Source: Octopus sinensis
Lineage: Eukaryota
Assembly (NCBI RefSeq): GCF_006345805.1
Contig: NC_043005.1
Coordinates: forward strand, 35,712,001 to 35,776,000
Direction: 5' to 3'
DNA length: 64,000 bases
Of this stretch, positions 25,215-39,979 are shown piece by piece. Position 1 is the stretch's first letter; the number at the start of each line of letters is the position of its first letter. Made by a program: the position numbers and the translations under genes. The notes beneath the pieces were generated by a model, which was not told the DNA's origin, made no database searches, and saw only the letters and a program-made list of their open reading frames with translations.

Positions 25215-26214
25215 TACGTATATATATATATATATATATAATTTTAAATTGAATTGATTTTCGATTAAATTTAAATTTAATTGTAATTCAAATTTAATTA
25301 TAGCCATGAAACGTACGTAGTTTTTTTTTACTTATTATATATTGATTATTCATTTTTATACTTTTTGTGAAATAGTTATATGTTTTAAAAAAATATATTT
25401 TATTTTTTATTTATGATTTGGTTTATGTCTGTCATTGTTTGAATTGTATAATAGTGGTTTTTTTCTCTAGTTTATATTTTATATATATATATATGAAGAA
25501 ACGACGACGTTACTCTCCAGAGAAACGAAAGTAGGGAACACAACACAGCCTTGAGATTAAGAAGAAGTGCAATATATTTTTAAGAGCGAAAGCGTTATAA
25601 AGCAAGGAAAAATTACAGGTCTGGCAACATCTCCATCAATGGCCTGGTTATTTCTCCAATATCCGGTGACGTATGCTTGAAGCACCTTCAGACGGACGAA
25701 CACACTAAGTTTATTAACACTTGCAAAAAAAGGAGCGCGTAACTAAGGACTGTTATACTAGAATGAACAAACTCTTGGTAGCCGGGACTCTGTTGTACAA
25801 CAAATCAATGCCTTACAATAGGTTTGATGTAGTAGTACTAATGTTAACATTGCAGCTAATTGATTGGAAGTCATGCCGACTGCTTCCAGAAACTTCCACA
25901 TCAATTGTGATATTGACCGTGTTTACCGAAAATGAGAACGAAGAAACATAAGCTTGTACATTGACTGACAATGTATTTGTATCTCACTCTCTACATAATG
26001 ATAAAGGATATCAGTGTCGGTTGATTTCTCCAGTCACGTTTTACTTCGTACCGAGAGAGGGAGAGAGAGAGAGCTGCCGCAGGAAGAGTGTCATATGACT
26101 TTCTGGAAAATATGAAGTTTTTTAATGAAGTTTTGCAGAAATAGATCTTTGATGGAATGGATTGCGATTATCTTTTATCTTTTACTTGTTTCAATCGTTA
26201 GCCTAGTACTTATT

Positions 26215-26338
26215 CTATCGGGCTCTTTTGCCGAACTGCTAAGTTACGGGGACGTAAACATACCAGCATCGGTTGTCAAGCGAAGTAGGGGGACAAACAC
26301 AGACACACAAACACACACACACAAACACACACACACAC

Positions 26339-26408
<70 letters not shown>

Positions 26409-26575
26409 CGGGCTTCTTTCAGTTTCCGGCTACCAAATCCACTCACAAGGTTTTAGTCGACCTGAGGCTATAGTAGAAGACACTTGCCCAAGGTGCCACG
26501 CAGTGGGACTGAACCCGGAACCATGTGTTTCGTAAGTAAGCTACTTACCACACAGCCACTACAGCGCTTATATCA
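26215..26575 (+). repeat. Common dispersed SINE-like repeat with internal (CA)n/(TA)n
   Basis: TTTTGCCGAACTGCTAAGTTACGGGGACGTAAAC..GGGCTTCTTTCAGTTTCC..; similar pieces at ~2380-2600, 34725-35150, 38950-39150, 44300-44490, 44900-45090, 56330-56510. Confidence 0.7.
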
Positions 26576-27374
26576 ACAGCATTTTCATAATTTTTTCCTA
26601 AACGTCCATGCTTGTTTTCAGATTTATAGCTACTCCTTGTTTTATATGTTCCGGATAATATAAGGCTTTCCTTTCATAAGTCCCAAGTTACTCTGGTGGT
26701 TGAAAAAATTGGTCACGTACATCATATTTAATGCATGGACGCCAGAGAAATATGTCCTGTGTGACCAGGCAAAGGTTCAATCCTCACCCTCCTCATTACT
26801 GATATAAATATTCAATTAATCTTCGTAATAGTCCGAAGGTGGTGAAGTAGTAGAAACAATGTTTATGTTACAAGCTCAAATCCCCGTCAGTGGTGTCATC
26901 TTCGCTGATCAGTTCTCCAGGTTCAGTGCAATTAAAATTTCAGCTTTGTCTTGATTTAAACCAGCGATTTCCAACCTACCGGTCGATGCGGGTGTTTCGT
27001 GCAGGCGACAAATGTACGGTGCCAAATGGACCACTTTTGGCAAGCAGAACTGGTACTGTGGCTCGTAGAATAATTCGGAAAAAAATCGCAATGACAAAAA
27101 TATTTCGTTGTTATTATGCAAAAGTGTCGTAAGCCCAAAACGTTCCCTTTTTTTTTTAGAAAACGAAAACGTAGTTTAACCATTCCATAGCAAAACAGAT
27201 GTACTACACTGACAATTTTTGATATCTTGGCATCTGAAGCAGCTGGAGATACGATAGTTTGACCAAAAGAACCAGCTATTGCAAGAAAAAATAAATATTG
27301 GAAAAAAACTCATTTAACCAAATTTGGACATACGACAGTTTAACATAATAGCAACGGGTTTCTTTTGAAATATT

Positions 27375-27595
27375 GATTTCAAATGTTGGCACAAAGCCAG
27401 CAATTTCAGAGGAGTGGAGATAAGTCGATTACGTTCGAACCCAGTACTCAACTGATACTTATTTTATCGACCCCGAAAGTATGAAAGGTAAACTTGACTT
27501 TGGTGGAATTTGAACTCAGAACATAAAAGTCGGACGAAATGCTGCTAAGCATTTAGCCCGGTATCCTGACGATTCTGCCAGCACGCCGCCGTCTT
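27375..27595 (-). mobile_element. tRNA-derived SINE (family of 31314-31547)
   Basis: Reverse complement of family consensus including GACCCCGAAAG-ATGAAAGG and TTTGAACTCAGAAC. Confidence 0.75.
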
Positions 27596-30500
27596 TCTTC
27601 TATGAAATATTAGATACAGAGTACCTGAAAACACGACATGACTGGCCATGGCTGAAATCTTTTTCATTGTAGATTTGCTTAGTCATGACAAACACGAACT
27701 ACACAACAACAACAACAACAGCAACAGCAGCAACAACGACAACATGTTAATATTAATTATTCAACTCCATTTCTCACAGCTTGATATCAGTAAAGTACTT
27801 TGTATCATTTGTATCGTATAACTCAGCATTAGAAACAGGGCGACTGAGCGAAAACAACGTGGATGGTCACGGTGGGAATCGTTTTGATCGTCGGTCTACT
27901 TTACCAAGTTCGCCTTGGTTTAAACAGCTATAGCATCCCAGATCGGGCTCTCGGTGTCGGGGGTTGACTTGCTTTCTCTTCTGCGGGTCTTACGAATAGC
28001 AAAGGACCACGTTTCGGACTTCTCCTGAGGCGCGATCTTGCGAGCTCTGGGACGAAGACCGCTTCGCTCAACAAACAAACGAACAGCTACAGCAATAACA
28101 ATATGTGTTGTTAATAGAATTTAATCAGATCCACTTTCGGCGTCTCGTTACTGAGTATTACACGTAAGATGTCTCTCATTAAGGCTGGTTGTTGTGATTC
28201 AACAGTGACTTGAATACAAATATAACCACAAATCTGTTGTTGTTGTTGTTGTTGTTCATGGTGATGATGATAATGATGATGATGTTGTTGCACAAGCTGA
28301 ATAGACCCGGCCATTGTTTGGCTGATTGTTTCCTTCCTGAACAACATGATGGCCTTATAATTATATTACTTGACTTCGATGACAACAAATTACGATCAAT
28401 GACGAATGCGATCATAATCATGACGATAATGATGACGATGATGATAATAATTATAACAAGGAGGAGGAGGAGGAAGTGGAGACGACGACGACGACGACGA
28501 CAACAACGACGAGGGTGGCGATGATGATGGTGACAGGAACGACGATGTCGATGACAATGAGGATGATGATGTTGATGATGGTCATGATAAAAAGGAGGAA
28601 AACGGCGATGATGACGGCGATTACGATGATGATGATGTCCATTGATTCTCCATTCTCTCGAGAAAGGATGACATCACTGGAAAGGTTTTAATTTGATCAT
28701 TTCAAAAATTATTTCCGACTGACATTGCTGTTGAAACAGCGACCTCTGATTCCTGCTGCTGTTGCTAGTTCTGCTGCTGTTGAGCACCATGCTCGTTCTT
28801 TTTCTTTCTTTCTTGTTCCTCATATGGACCTTACAGTCACAAGTCTAACAGCTCATCTTTTCTCCTTTCACCGCTACTCTCATTATTTTTGCTCCTGTAT
28901 CCACGACGAGACACAGCGCCGAAAGACCATGAAGTGGATCTTGCACGCATGAAGTGGATTCGATCCACCATAGCCAAATTTAAATTAACACTGCAACAGA
29001 ACTTCTCCGACAGTGGAACAATGGTTTTTCTCTGACAGCAGTTTTACATTTTCCAGATGCCATTAGCTAGGCCGAAATAATGTCTTCACCACTTGACCCT
29101 TTCTAACCTCTTCTACTTCACCAAAAGCTAGAATAGAGATAACAAGACCACCAACTAAATCTATTGTTCTCAATGATATATCTATCCTTCTGGATAGTTA
29201 TAAAAGAAAGAATACCCCAAGCAAAAATCAGTCGGTGACAACGAAGTCTGGCTGACCAGCTAGAACCTTGGTCAGAGGGAGAAATGAAGTTTACTGTCAG
29301 CAACTGTGAGACAACGTCCCACACCCTACAACTCTAACTAGCTCTAATTCTGTTCTCTTACAACATCATATTTCCCTATCTGTGGATTACTACTAACAAT
29401 ATGTGTACGCCAAACTACTCAAAAATTTTTTTCTTTCGCATGCTTTTGGATTTATCATAACCTGCCCGTCGAGGTATTGTAACGTAACGGTAAATAAATA
29501 TCTCCTTAAAACTTCATGAATTATTCATCTTTCACATCTTACAACTTGCTGTCATAACAACAAATTTTTATCGCTACAACTGCTGACTCCGACATTTCAT
29601 AATATTGTTTACTAATCAATTTCTCCCGCTACAATTGGTGACGCTCGGCTTCAACTAAAAACTTTATCGTGACAAATATTTATCGTTACAACCATATCGT
29701 TTTCAGAGGTTGTAAAGAATACCGCGAATAGATATCATTTCCCGTTATCTTTGCATTCATCACTCAGCCCTATTTCACATGAAAGGTGACACTAAGTCAG
29801 CGATCGATATATCTGTCAACTCCTCTGACTGTCACCCTTGTACTGCACTGGCCTATGCATTGCTATATGAGTTTATGAGTAGGTGTATGTCACGCTATCT
29901 CTGCTTATCGTATCGCCTAAGCCTCGGCTATGAACACTAATCAGACACTTCCGTATGCTTTGTCCCGATCGATGGCCACCACACTGTTTTGAATATCGAC
30001 CATGGCTTCCTTCATTTGTCCGTTTGTGGGAATTACTAAGCGTTCGTCTCCTTTTTGCAAGGTAGAAGTATGTCACTTACACTTTTCTCCTTGTCCAGTT
30101 TTGGACAAAGCCCTCAGACAAGGAGACACACTCCTATGTGACACATCGTTGCTTAGAACTCTCTCTCTCTTTCCAGCGGTCACTATTGTTGATGATGAGA
30201 ATGGAATGAAGACCGATGGTACTACAGCAGCAGCCTTGCTCTATGTTCTTACTGTATTCCCTGCAACGACCTACAGCTCTTGCTTCTACTGCTGTTTTCT
30301 TGTGATTCTCCTCACCTCTTTCTTTTTCTTTTACAAGAGAAAATGAAGAACAACTGGCGATATACATCACAAAAGACGTATATCCAATGAGTTCGTGAAG
30401 GTGATACTAAGCAGAACTGTTAAGTACCTCAATGTCTATCAATACAAATAGGACTTCCACATACTTCGAAAGGTGAACTTGGAAATGTTCTTTCCGATGT

Positions 30501-31313
30501 ATTTTTTTTTCTTTTTCTAATTCTTCACGTTGTGATGAATGAGAAGTAGAGGGAATGTTCCCGAAGAAAGACTACTTGGACACGTTAAGGATACAGTGTG
30601 TTAGCGTGTTTCCAAAGCAATAACTGCAGTCTTGTCACTACATGAAAAGCTACTCCCAAACATCCAGGCACTTAAAAAACACTTCAGAGCACTATTACAA
30701 CAACACTATTTTTCCCATTCAGCCCGGACACGCATTACGAACAAGATATTGACACAAACACAGCTGCTGCAAATACCTGTGCTGAGATGCTCACCACAAC
30801 AACGAATACTGAGGAACAGCAACAAGCATGCTTTGACCGGATTCATCTGCACCCCCACCTTCTGGTCACCAATAGACTCTTTCTATGTGGTTGCTCGACC
30901 TGCTAGAAGTAGTAGCCAGATTTTACTTAAATCACATCCGACTGTTTTTAAAAAGGACACGTTGGATAATAAGACTTTCCATTGTCTGCACAGAAAAAAA
31001 AATACTATGGTCTCAGTTGGAATGAGTTTCATCATAGCTCTGCTCAACCAGTGTTGGCCTAGTACGCAAAATATGACACAAACTGTATGTATGTATGTAT
31101 GTATGTATGTATGTATGTATGTATGTATGTTTGTATGTATGTATGTATATATGTATGTATGTATGTCATTATTCAGTTTCATTTCAAGATTTCTTGCCAA
31201 TAGAGAAAGATCCGGCTTCTAATCTAGATCCAAGGCTCTTTCATTGGAATTTCAACATCAACAGGGTCTTTTTGTACGTTTGTAAAGGGTAATGGGTAAA
31301 TGGTATGTCTGTT

Positions 31314-31547
31314 TAAGGGGGCGAGCTGGCAGAAACGTTAGCACGCCGGGTGAAATGCGTAGCCGTATTTCGTCTGCCGCTACGTTCTGAGTTCAAATTC
31401 CGCCGGGGTCGACTTTGCCTTTCATCCTTTCGGGGTCGATTAAATAAGTACTAGTTACGCACTGGGGTCGATATAATCGGCTTAATCCGTTTGTCTGTCC
31501 TTGTTTGTCCTCTCTGTGTTTAGCCCTTTGTGGTTAGTAAAGAAATA
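31314..31547 (+). mobile_element. Full-length tRNA-derived SINE with a Meta-like central domain
   Basis: GGCGAGCTGGCAGAAACGTTAGC head, GAGTTCAAATTCC B-box, GTCGACTTTGCCTTTCATCCTTTCGGGGTCGAT core; 12-bp TSD GGTRTGTCTGTT. The Meta-domain assignment is from recall. Confidence 0.85.
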
Positions 31548-33011
31548 GGTGTGTCTGTTGAGATTATTGGTAATGTAAGAACCAGCCAAGTGGAATTACA
31601 GAACTTAACTGTAGAAATATACTTTTTATTTACCAGAAATCTAGTAAATGTGAGAGTTGATAGTAACTGTGAGAGCCCAAACGCTGCTAAGGACATTTCA
31701 ACGTAAAAGCCACAGCTGTTTAAAAAATAATGTGGTCTGAATATTCAGCTTTCTCATCCTCACATAAATCACGAAACAGCCACGTGTTTAGTGTATGCTT
31801 TTTAACAGCGTTGACAATATTGATTAATCATTCAGACAGCCTCCAGCGCAGTTTCCAACTGTTTCATAACCCATCCCGAGTGGTGGATCATATAATAGGT
31901 TTTTAGGTTTTAGCTTTAATGACTAAAGCTGAATAAAATAAGTATTTCGTTTGATACATTAATCGAGGGTGTTTATTTTCAATTTATTATTCCAATTACA
32001 CGAAGAGTTCGGATTAACTTATGATTTTAAACATTCATATTCTCTTTTATTATTTACTGATATTTTTATTTGATGGTTTCGAAAAGCGATAAATATTTTA
32101 TACATTTGTTGCAATGATTCTGCTGAATTTTGAACCTTCTCTCGCAGATCCAAACTTTAGAACCGCTGCCCAACTATATTGATATAAAAGCTAAAAATCA
32201 ACTACGAGAAATAAACTGTCACCATAAAAGGCACTAAAGCCTTTGTGAATATGGTTCGATTAATCAGAATGGTTAGGAATAACCAGATTACAGTAAACTT
32301 GAAAGTAAGTTTTGTGAATTTTCCAGCCAAATAATTTAATCGAAGGTTCAAAAAGTTCTGGCTGACTGTTATAAAAAGTTGGAGTATCACTCTTTGAGAA
32401 CATCCTTAAATGCTATCCAGAACTGAATCAGTTTTGTGATAAGGTTTTCTCACTTTTTCTACTTATTCTGCCTTTAATAGCTATGAACAATTTTCATGTA
32501 AATAACTAAAATATCTCTTTATGCTACGAACACTTTTAACTTTCACATTAACAATTTCATGTTTGTTGCTTTATTCAAATAATTGTTATACATGTATAAA
32601 CAATCCAGGTAATAAAAAGAAATATGGAAACATATAAATATTAGTGTGATCGTTCTCATCTTCACACGCAGTCTGACTAATGTCACATACTACCAAAGGT
32701 CATTTAATGACTAAGAGCCTTGAGAAAATTAAAATGTTACTTTTTAGAATATCTCTCAGGTATTATAGTATTAACATCCACTTTTAATTGCAAAATGCAT
32801 AAAATTTCTGATAAATTCGGAGTCGCTTGAGATTAATAGCCGTAACGATATTAACTTTCGCCTCCACTATAAACCGAAAGTAACGTAGATACTGCATCAG
32901 TCCAAGCCGACACACGATAGTTATAATTATAAACAATGTTTATACGTGACGGCTATTAAATTTAATTAGACTGGCAATTACCGTTTTATAGTATAGCCTG
33001 TCATTTTATAG

Positions 33012-33545
33012 TATAGCCTGTCATTGCCAGGGAATTTTTACAATAGAATGTCTTCTATAAATTTTTATTTATACCATGTCAGAGCATGCCTTCCCCGATA
33101 GATACGCCTCTCAATCAGGACAGATTTGTGCAAATTTTCGCCAAAAAACTTCGATGAAGATTTTTTTCCTTTTCGAATTATTTTCATGTCTGTTCGACTG
33201 TTTCACATGACTTTATTCATTAAAACTTCAGACGTTCTTACAACTCTGGTCTTCGTAAAACTTTGCTTTCGTTTGTTTAATAAAAATTCCTCCTCCCAAT
33301 GATTTTGTTTTCGTTTCGTTATAGACAGCTATCATGCAGAAAATGACAGCTTCAAAATCCTGTTTCTTGATTAGGTAAAATTGATTAAACTTTAAACGTC
33401 AGTAACATTTTTTTGCAAATTTTCTGGAACAAATAAACAACAAAATCAGATTTAACGTGGAAAATTATTTCACTATACCAAATTTGGAAATTTTGACGTA
33501 ATTTTAAAATTTCACAATATGTGACAGCAACAGGGAAGACCCTAC
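33012..33545 (+). repeat. Segment homologous to 41803-42350 (Helitron-associated)
   Basis: Collinear similarity, e.g. ATCAGGACAGATTTGTGCAA and ATAGACAGCTATCATGCAGAAAATG, in both places. Confidence 0.8.
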
Positions 33546-33697
33546 AAAAGTAGAGACAATCAGTTATAGGACGTGATACACAAATACGCACGCACACGCA
33601 CACAGACACATTTACAAACGTACACAAAGGTAATTACGAGTTTAAGATGGTATATAGTAGACATATGTATGTATGTATTATGTATGTATGTACGTAC

Positions 33698-33780
<83 letters not shown>

Positions 33781-33929
33781 GTACTGATGTATGTGTCTGT
33801 GTCTGAGTGTTTCTTTGCAATGGACAGCAGAAAAGCTACCTATACCATCTCTCTGAAAGCTGCGTATTCTTCACACACCCTTGTGTGTGTAGTATCTATG
33901 TATTTACGAAAGTATGTGTGCAGCGTCAC

Positions 33930-34378
33930 GTGTATATGACAGCTATAGAAATGTTACCATCCCATTTTCACCGCTGTTCTCGCCTTCACTGATAGAAGTC
34001 ACACTCTCTTACTCTGTCTTTCTCTCTCTCTCTCTCTCTATTACTACCTTATATGACAACTATAGTAACGTTACCATCCCATTAACACTGCTGGTGTCGC
34101 CTTCACTAATAGATTTCATCCTCTCTATTACTATCTCTCTGTCAGACTAATACTTTTTCCAACCTTCTCATTTTATCATATAATTCACCCAACGCCCCTG
34201 AGGTGGGGTACATTATAGATTTTTATTGGAATCCAATTAGCCTAGTATTGAACTGGATGTTAGCGGAACATGTATGGAAAATTTCGTGAACATCGGTTCG
34301 CTGGTTTAGGCACTAAGATGGTAACAGACAGACAGATAGACGGACGGACAGACAGACAGAAATTGCCATTTATATAGA
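33930..34378 (-). mobile_element. 5' portion of a non-autonomous Helitron (family of 41195)
   Basis: Minus strand A|TCTATATAAATGGCAATTTCTGTCTGTC aligns with 41200-41400. Confidence 0.7.
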
Positions 34379-35495
34379 TTCTATAAGCATAAAACACAAA
34401 GCCCAATTAAACTGATTTAATTGCAGTTTTATAGTGTACTTTATTACCATTGTTTACACTTAATGACTTCTGAGATAATAAAGTTAACTTAATTACTATT
34501 TTATAGTACATTACATAATTTTATATATTATATTTCGAGTGTTAAAGCTTAAATCTGGGATTTATGGTGAATGGGGGAACACTAACCGGTTCAGTTTGCC
34601 GATTATTTGTTTTGTTGCTTAAGTTGTATGTGGTTATGAATTGTGAAAGTGAATGTGGACCGTTTTTAGATTCTTACACGATCTCTTCCTCTTAATTACT
34701 TTTTATCCTTTATCTTTTACTTGTTTCATTCATTTGACTGCGGCCATGCTGTCGCACTGCTTTGAAGAGTGTTAGTGGAATAAATCGTCCCCTGGACTTA
34801 ATTTTTAAAAGCCCAGGATTTATTCTATCGGTCTTTTTTGCCGAACCGCTCAGTTATGGAGACGCAAACACACCAACACTGGTTTTCAAGCGGGGAGGGG
34901 TCAACACACACACACACACACCCGCGCGCACACACGCACGCACATACACACAGGCACCTCCCACACCCAGACACACACACACATATATATGTGGGGCTTC
35001 TTTCAGTTTTTATTCACCAAATCCATTCACAAGGCTCTGGTCGGCTCGAGGCTATAATAGAAAATATTTGCCCAAGATATCACGCTGTGGGACTCAACCC
35101 AGAACCATGCGGTTGGGAAACAAGGTTCTTAACACACAACCACGCCTGTGCTTCTCTACGCTTTTTGAGAGTCTCAGTGTACTCCTTGCTATTCATGGTG
35201 CAGTCACTTTCCAGAAAATCAAGGATTGCCATTCCCTAAAACATACCCAAAACACTCACCATGACTTTGCTCTTGAACTTCTAAGATCTTGAAGAAGAGA
35301 CGTGATGCCATTCTATGACTTCAGCCTTCATTATCAAATCATAAAGATACGCCCACATTTCATTCCCTGTCACCATACCGAAAAAAAGCAAGAAAGAAAA
35401 AAAGAAACGTATCTTCATGGGCTTTAAACATGTAGCAGATTCAAAATCGAATCGCTAGACAAGCAAGCGAATTCCTCGCTGAAATAACTTTTGAT

Positions 35496-35584
35496 TCACG
35501 TGATCGGCTGATTAACTAACCAATCAGCGTCGAGTTATCACGTGATTTGACTTTCTTGAACCTTCGAATGAGTCTTATAAAAAG
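35496..35584 (+). promoter_or_regulatory. Candidate Pol II promoter: two TCACGTGA E-boxes around a CCAAT box, then TATAAAA
   Basis: TCACGTGA 35496-35503 and 35538-35545; CCAAT 35520-35524; TATAAAAAG 35576-35584; unique, locally CpG-retaining sequence. Confidence 0.4.
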
Positions 35585-38384
35585 TGGATTTTTGGCGGTA
35601 ACTTCAAAATGCCGATACAGTTGTTTTAACAACTCCACTCTTATTTTTTCCCCATTTACCAGCTGTACAGATTGAAGGTACAGATTAGCCGTCATGCATT
35701 TGGCATATTTCCCCAAATGCGATGAACTAGTCCAGCTATTTTGTCGTGGACAACAGAGTTTGTCTCTCCCAGTGAGTATAAGTTGTTCTTTTTTATTCTT
35801 CATTCAAAGACCAACACAGAAAGCACCATGTACAGTAAATAAAGCTTCTGTTAATTGTTCGTGAGAGATGTTTATCATTTTATACGTAGCCAACAAGTAA
35901 ACAGTTATACGACAATCATTTTCAGCAGATCAGAGCAAACTTCCGACATTTTCTCCTTCAAATTGAGTGTGAACTGATTGCACCTTATACTCCAAAGTCT
36001 TTCGTTATCTTCTGTAATTCACTATTATTACAGTCCACTTGAGCAGCAATTCATATTCACATATTTATAGAAAAAAAACCATACAAACTCGTTATAAAGT
36101 TCTCGTGCAGTTTTAAATGGGTATACTTTTAGTTTTATGTTTTGTAGAATTAACGTGTGTAAAAAGGTAAATGGAATAATTCATCGTAATTGTCAATAGA
36201 TTTATTCTTAAAATTGTTGATGTTCCGCATGCCCACCTTATTCCATGTACAAACCGTAATTCTGGAGTTCTAGATATAAGTTTTGTAGTTGGTTTCCAGA
36301 TACACCTTAAGATCACATTAGTTACCCAAGCTCGCAAATCACAAACCCATAGAATGATGTTTGGTTGAATAAGGAGTTGTCTTTATATGTCTTCCTTTGA
36401 AAGAGAAGTAAGCATTAATTTTTTTGAAAATTGATAAATTATGATTTAAAAAAAAATTCATTAGATTACAATAAATATATCAGAATTTTAAATGATCTTT
36501 TCAGGTTAATTTTATCATATACAGATCAACGTCCAGGCTATGACCTTAAACTGCATCCAGTTGTGGGGCTCTGTTTCGGAAGTACTTGGCATTTTGAGGA
36601 GTGTGAAACCAACTCTTACCCATTATTGTTCTCGGGTCTTCTCTGACCCAGAATAGTCGCACTGTCAGGGCCCTGGCTATAGGTTGATTAGAATGTCATG
36701 GAATTGCCTCCTGAAGAAAGTCACTCACAGACATTTCAATGAACTCAGAGTAGATGAGGCCCTTCAGTTCTTTAGTTGCTCATCTAAGAGAAGGTAACTT
36801 CGTACAAATCCTTCATTCCGATAGCTACTGGGTTCATGACACTTGTTGCATCAGACCAATATAAGTTTGAAGGTTGAAAGAGTGGGACTGATTCTGCACA
36901 CCATGCCCTTTATAATAATAAACCCCTGCTACCTTGTTAGGTAATTTATTGAGCTTTTCAAAAAAAGGGCAAAAGGAGTAAACCCCTACAGAAAATTCAG
37001 AGGAACTGACCCTAAGACAGATATGTACGGCTATACTTAACCAATATCTGGTACACTCCATGAATGCTATGAATATACCAACTTGTCTTTCCTTTGTGGA
37101 ATATTCATGTGTGTATCTGGGGTTAGATACTTGCTCCTTTAAACAGCCCAGGCACAATAGAGGTGTTTAAGTTAACGTCTCTGCAATGCTGTCGACCAAT
37201 GATGGAAAAAACCCAGCCATATAGAACTAAATTTATAAACATTTAATGCTTAAAACTTTACAAGGACTTTATAATGATTCTTTATAATAATTTTATTATT
37301 TGCTTTCATTTTAGAAACTAAAAACAGGAGGTAAGACAGCTTTCGATAATTCTGTTATTAAATGCTAGTAGTGTATATTTATCTCGTTATATATTTACAA
37401 CATCAAGAAGACTATACATAGTAACTCAGCTTCCTAGAAAAAACAGCCAAACGTCCCTTGAACCAAAGCTTATCTTAAAGGGACACTAAAAATATCTCTC
37501 CTTTATTCTGGATAATCTGATGTTAAGTCTGTTGAAGTCAAAGCTGAACTGAGCCTAAATAACAACTGTAGTAGTTGCAGCCTCCCGTATTTAGTAGAGT
37601 ATAGTGCATTCCCCAAAATAGACCCCCTCTCACCACTACTACTGATTTTGTACCCACAATCAGAAATCTCTTTAATCCTCTTATCTTTCTTTGCTCACAC
37701 TCTAATAGGAAATATTGCTAGCTCACCGCTGTTGAGGATTAACTTTCTGGCATTATACGGATATATAAGTAATTTCATTAGGTCAATGAAAGATATGCGT
37801 TGACCTTGAAGACAGCAATGTTCACTAACTGGAAGCGATCAATCGAACTGATTGATCAGTACTGGTGATTGGGTCATATCTATTTGATAACCTATCGATA
37901 AATCAGATAGAGAAATGATTGAAACCACTGGCCACCCTGTTTACTGAGTGGTAAAGACTAAAGATGCAAGTCGTTTGTATTTAAACGTTCAGAAAGAGAA
38001 ACTACCGAAAGTGAAACTTGAGAGCAACAGGATAAAATAATAAAAGAAAAGAATGTTCGTTAATTTTTGACAAAAACTGAAACTAAATTATTGACAAATG
38101 AAACTGAAAAAAATTATAATATTTTATTCTCAATTTGATGTTTTGTCTCAAAATAATTTTTGTATAGCAGACAAGGATGTGTGGCTGAGAAACTCATTTT
38201 GCAGCCAAGTGGTTTCGCGTTTAGTGCAAATATTATCTACTATGGCCTGGGCCGACTAATGCCTAGTGAGTGGCTTTGACCGGCAGAAACTGTGTAGAAT
38301 CCCATCGTACACACACATACATATATGTATGTACATAAATAAATAAATAAATAAATAAATATATATGTGTGATATAGCTGAAAG

Positions 38385-38890
38385 GAAGAGCAAAGCCTGG
38401 GCGGCATGCCACAGTTTGAGATCTGTATGGAAGCCTGACTTTCGTAAACACCTGAAGATTCGTCTCTTCGTTGCTGCAGTGGAGCCTGTGCTGTCGCACG
38501 GGTCTAGACTTGAACACTGACCAAGAAACTCACTCAGATGGTGGATGGGTGCTATACAAAAATGGTGAGGATGGCTCTGAACATTAATCAGTATACACTA
38601 AAGATGAAGAACTCAGAGGTGTACGAGAGCCTCCCAATAGTTAGCTCGGAAACAACACAGAGGAAATTGAGGTTAGCTGGACATGCTCACCGTCATTAAG
38701 AGTTGGTACAGCACTCAGTGATCCTGTTGGAGCCCCTACACGGACACACTAGAAGAAAGAAACCGGGGATGATATATGTTGATGTTCTAAGGTCAAATAG
38801 TGGCCTCTGTGAGGCACAGGACATGGCAGCAATGATGAGGGACAAAGACCGCTGGAGAGAACTCGCTCATGGATCTCGGGAATGTTACCC
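38385..38890 (+). mobile_element. 3' fragment of an RTE-clade LINE
   Basis: KIRLFVAAVEPVL..DGCYTKMVRMAL..RKLRLAGHAHRH..DRWREL with stops and frameshifts. Confidence 0.75.
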
Positions 38891-39979
38891 GCTATATATA
38901 TATATATATATATACGTATGTGTTTCTTTGTGTTTGTGGTCTCCACCACTCACCATCACCGCTTGACAACTGGTGTTAGTTTGTTTACGTCTCCGTAACT
39001 TAGCGTTTCGGCAAAGAGACCCTTAAGAAAAGTGACAGACTTTAAAAATATAAATACTGGGATCGATTTGTTCGACTAAAAGTCTTCAAGACGACGCCTA
39101 GCATGACCAGAGTCCAGTGACTGGAACAACCAAAGATAGAAGGTAAAGAAATATGACGGCATTCTTTCGTTTTGGAATCCCATAACCAAAGTGAAAATAT
39201 CGACACTATTCGACAATCTCCAAGCAGATATGTCGAATTGACACCAATCTACCATTATTTCTCAAAAATTTCTTCTGAAAAAACAAAATTTCAAGTTTTT
39301 AATTTCTCCTCTATTTTTTATTTTTTTTTTTATTTTTTGCGATTTTTCAAAATTACAATTTTTTTTAATGCTTGATTGCTTAGGGTATTTCGTTTTTATA
39401 TTTGGTTTGTAAGATACCTGAGGTGAACTCTTGTATTGGAACAGATTTTATAGAATCTTGGGAGGGTCATTATATCCATAACAAACACACGCACTGGTTC
39501 TATTTCATTTCTTTACTTTCTTTATTTGTTAATAATTAACCAAGCAACAAATTGATTCTTTGACTAATTGTTCGGGCAATCTTCCTACTTTCATTTTGTG
39601 ATCATAAAACGAAAAGATACCGAAACGGCTGAACCATTCAGACGGCAAGTATTGTGAAAATCGAAGAGGAGGACATAATTAACTCTGATGATCTGTTTGA
39701 AAAGATTTGCTTCCTACGGTAGATTTGTACCATAACAATTGATATTAAAATTACCATTAAGTTTATTACATCGTTGGGATTAATTAATAATTGAGCGGTG
39801 TGCTGTAATGAGCTAATGTGTTTGGTAACTCGCCAGATATATTCAGATGGATAACTGAGAGATTGTATGTACAAGCAGTACCGAAGCAGTAGACAAGATG
39901 TATGTATGTATGTATGTATGTATGTATGTATGTATGTATGTATGTATGTATGTATGTATGTATGTATGTATGTATGTGT

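Noticed and set aside
27990-28040. GAAACGT with nearby CTCAGGA on the minus strand
   Set aside because: Core, stem II and triplet (GUG) do not fit a hammerhead
30632-31085. 196-aa ORF
   Set aside because: No recognisable family; its end runs into microsatellite; possibly old TE sequence
36430-37250. Unique sequence that looked exon-like
   Set aside because: Stops in all examined frames and no convincing splice-bounded ORF
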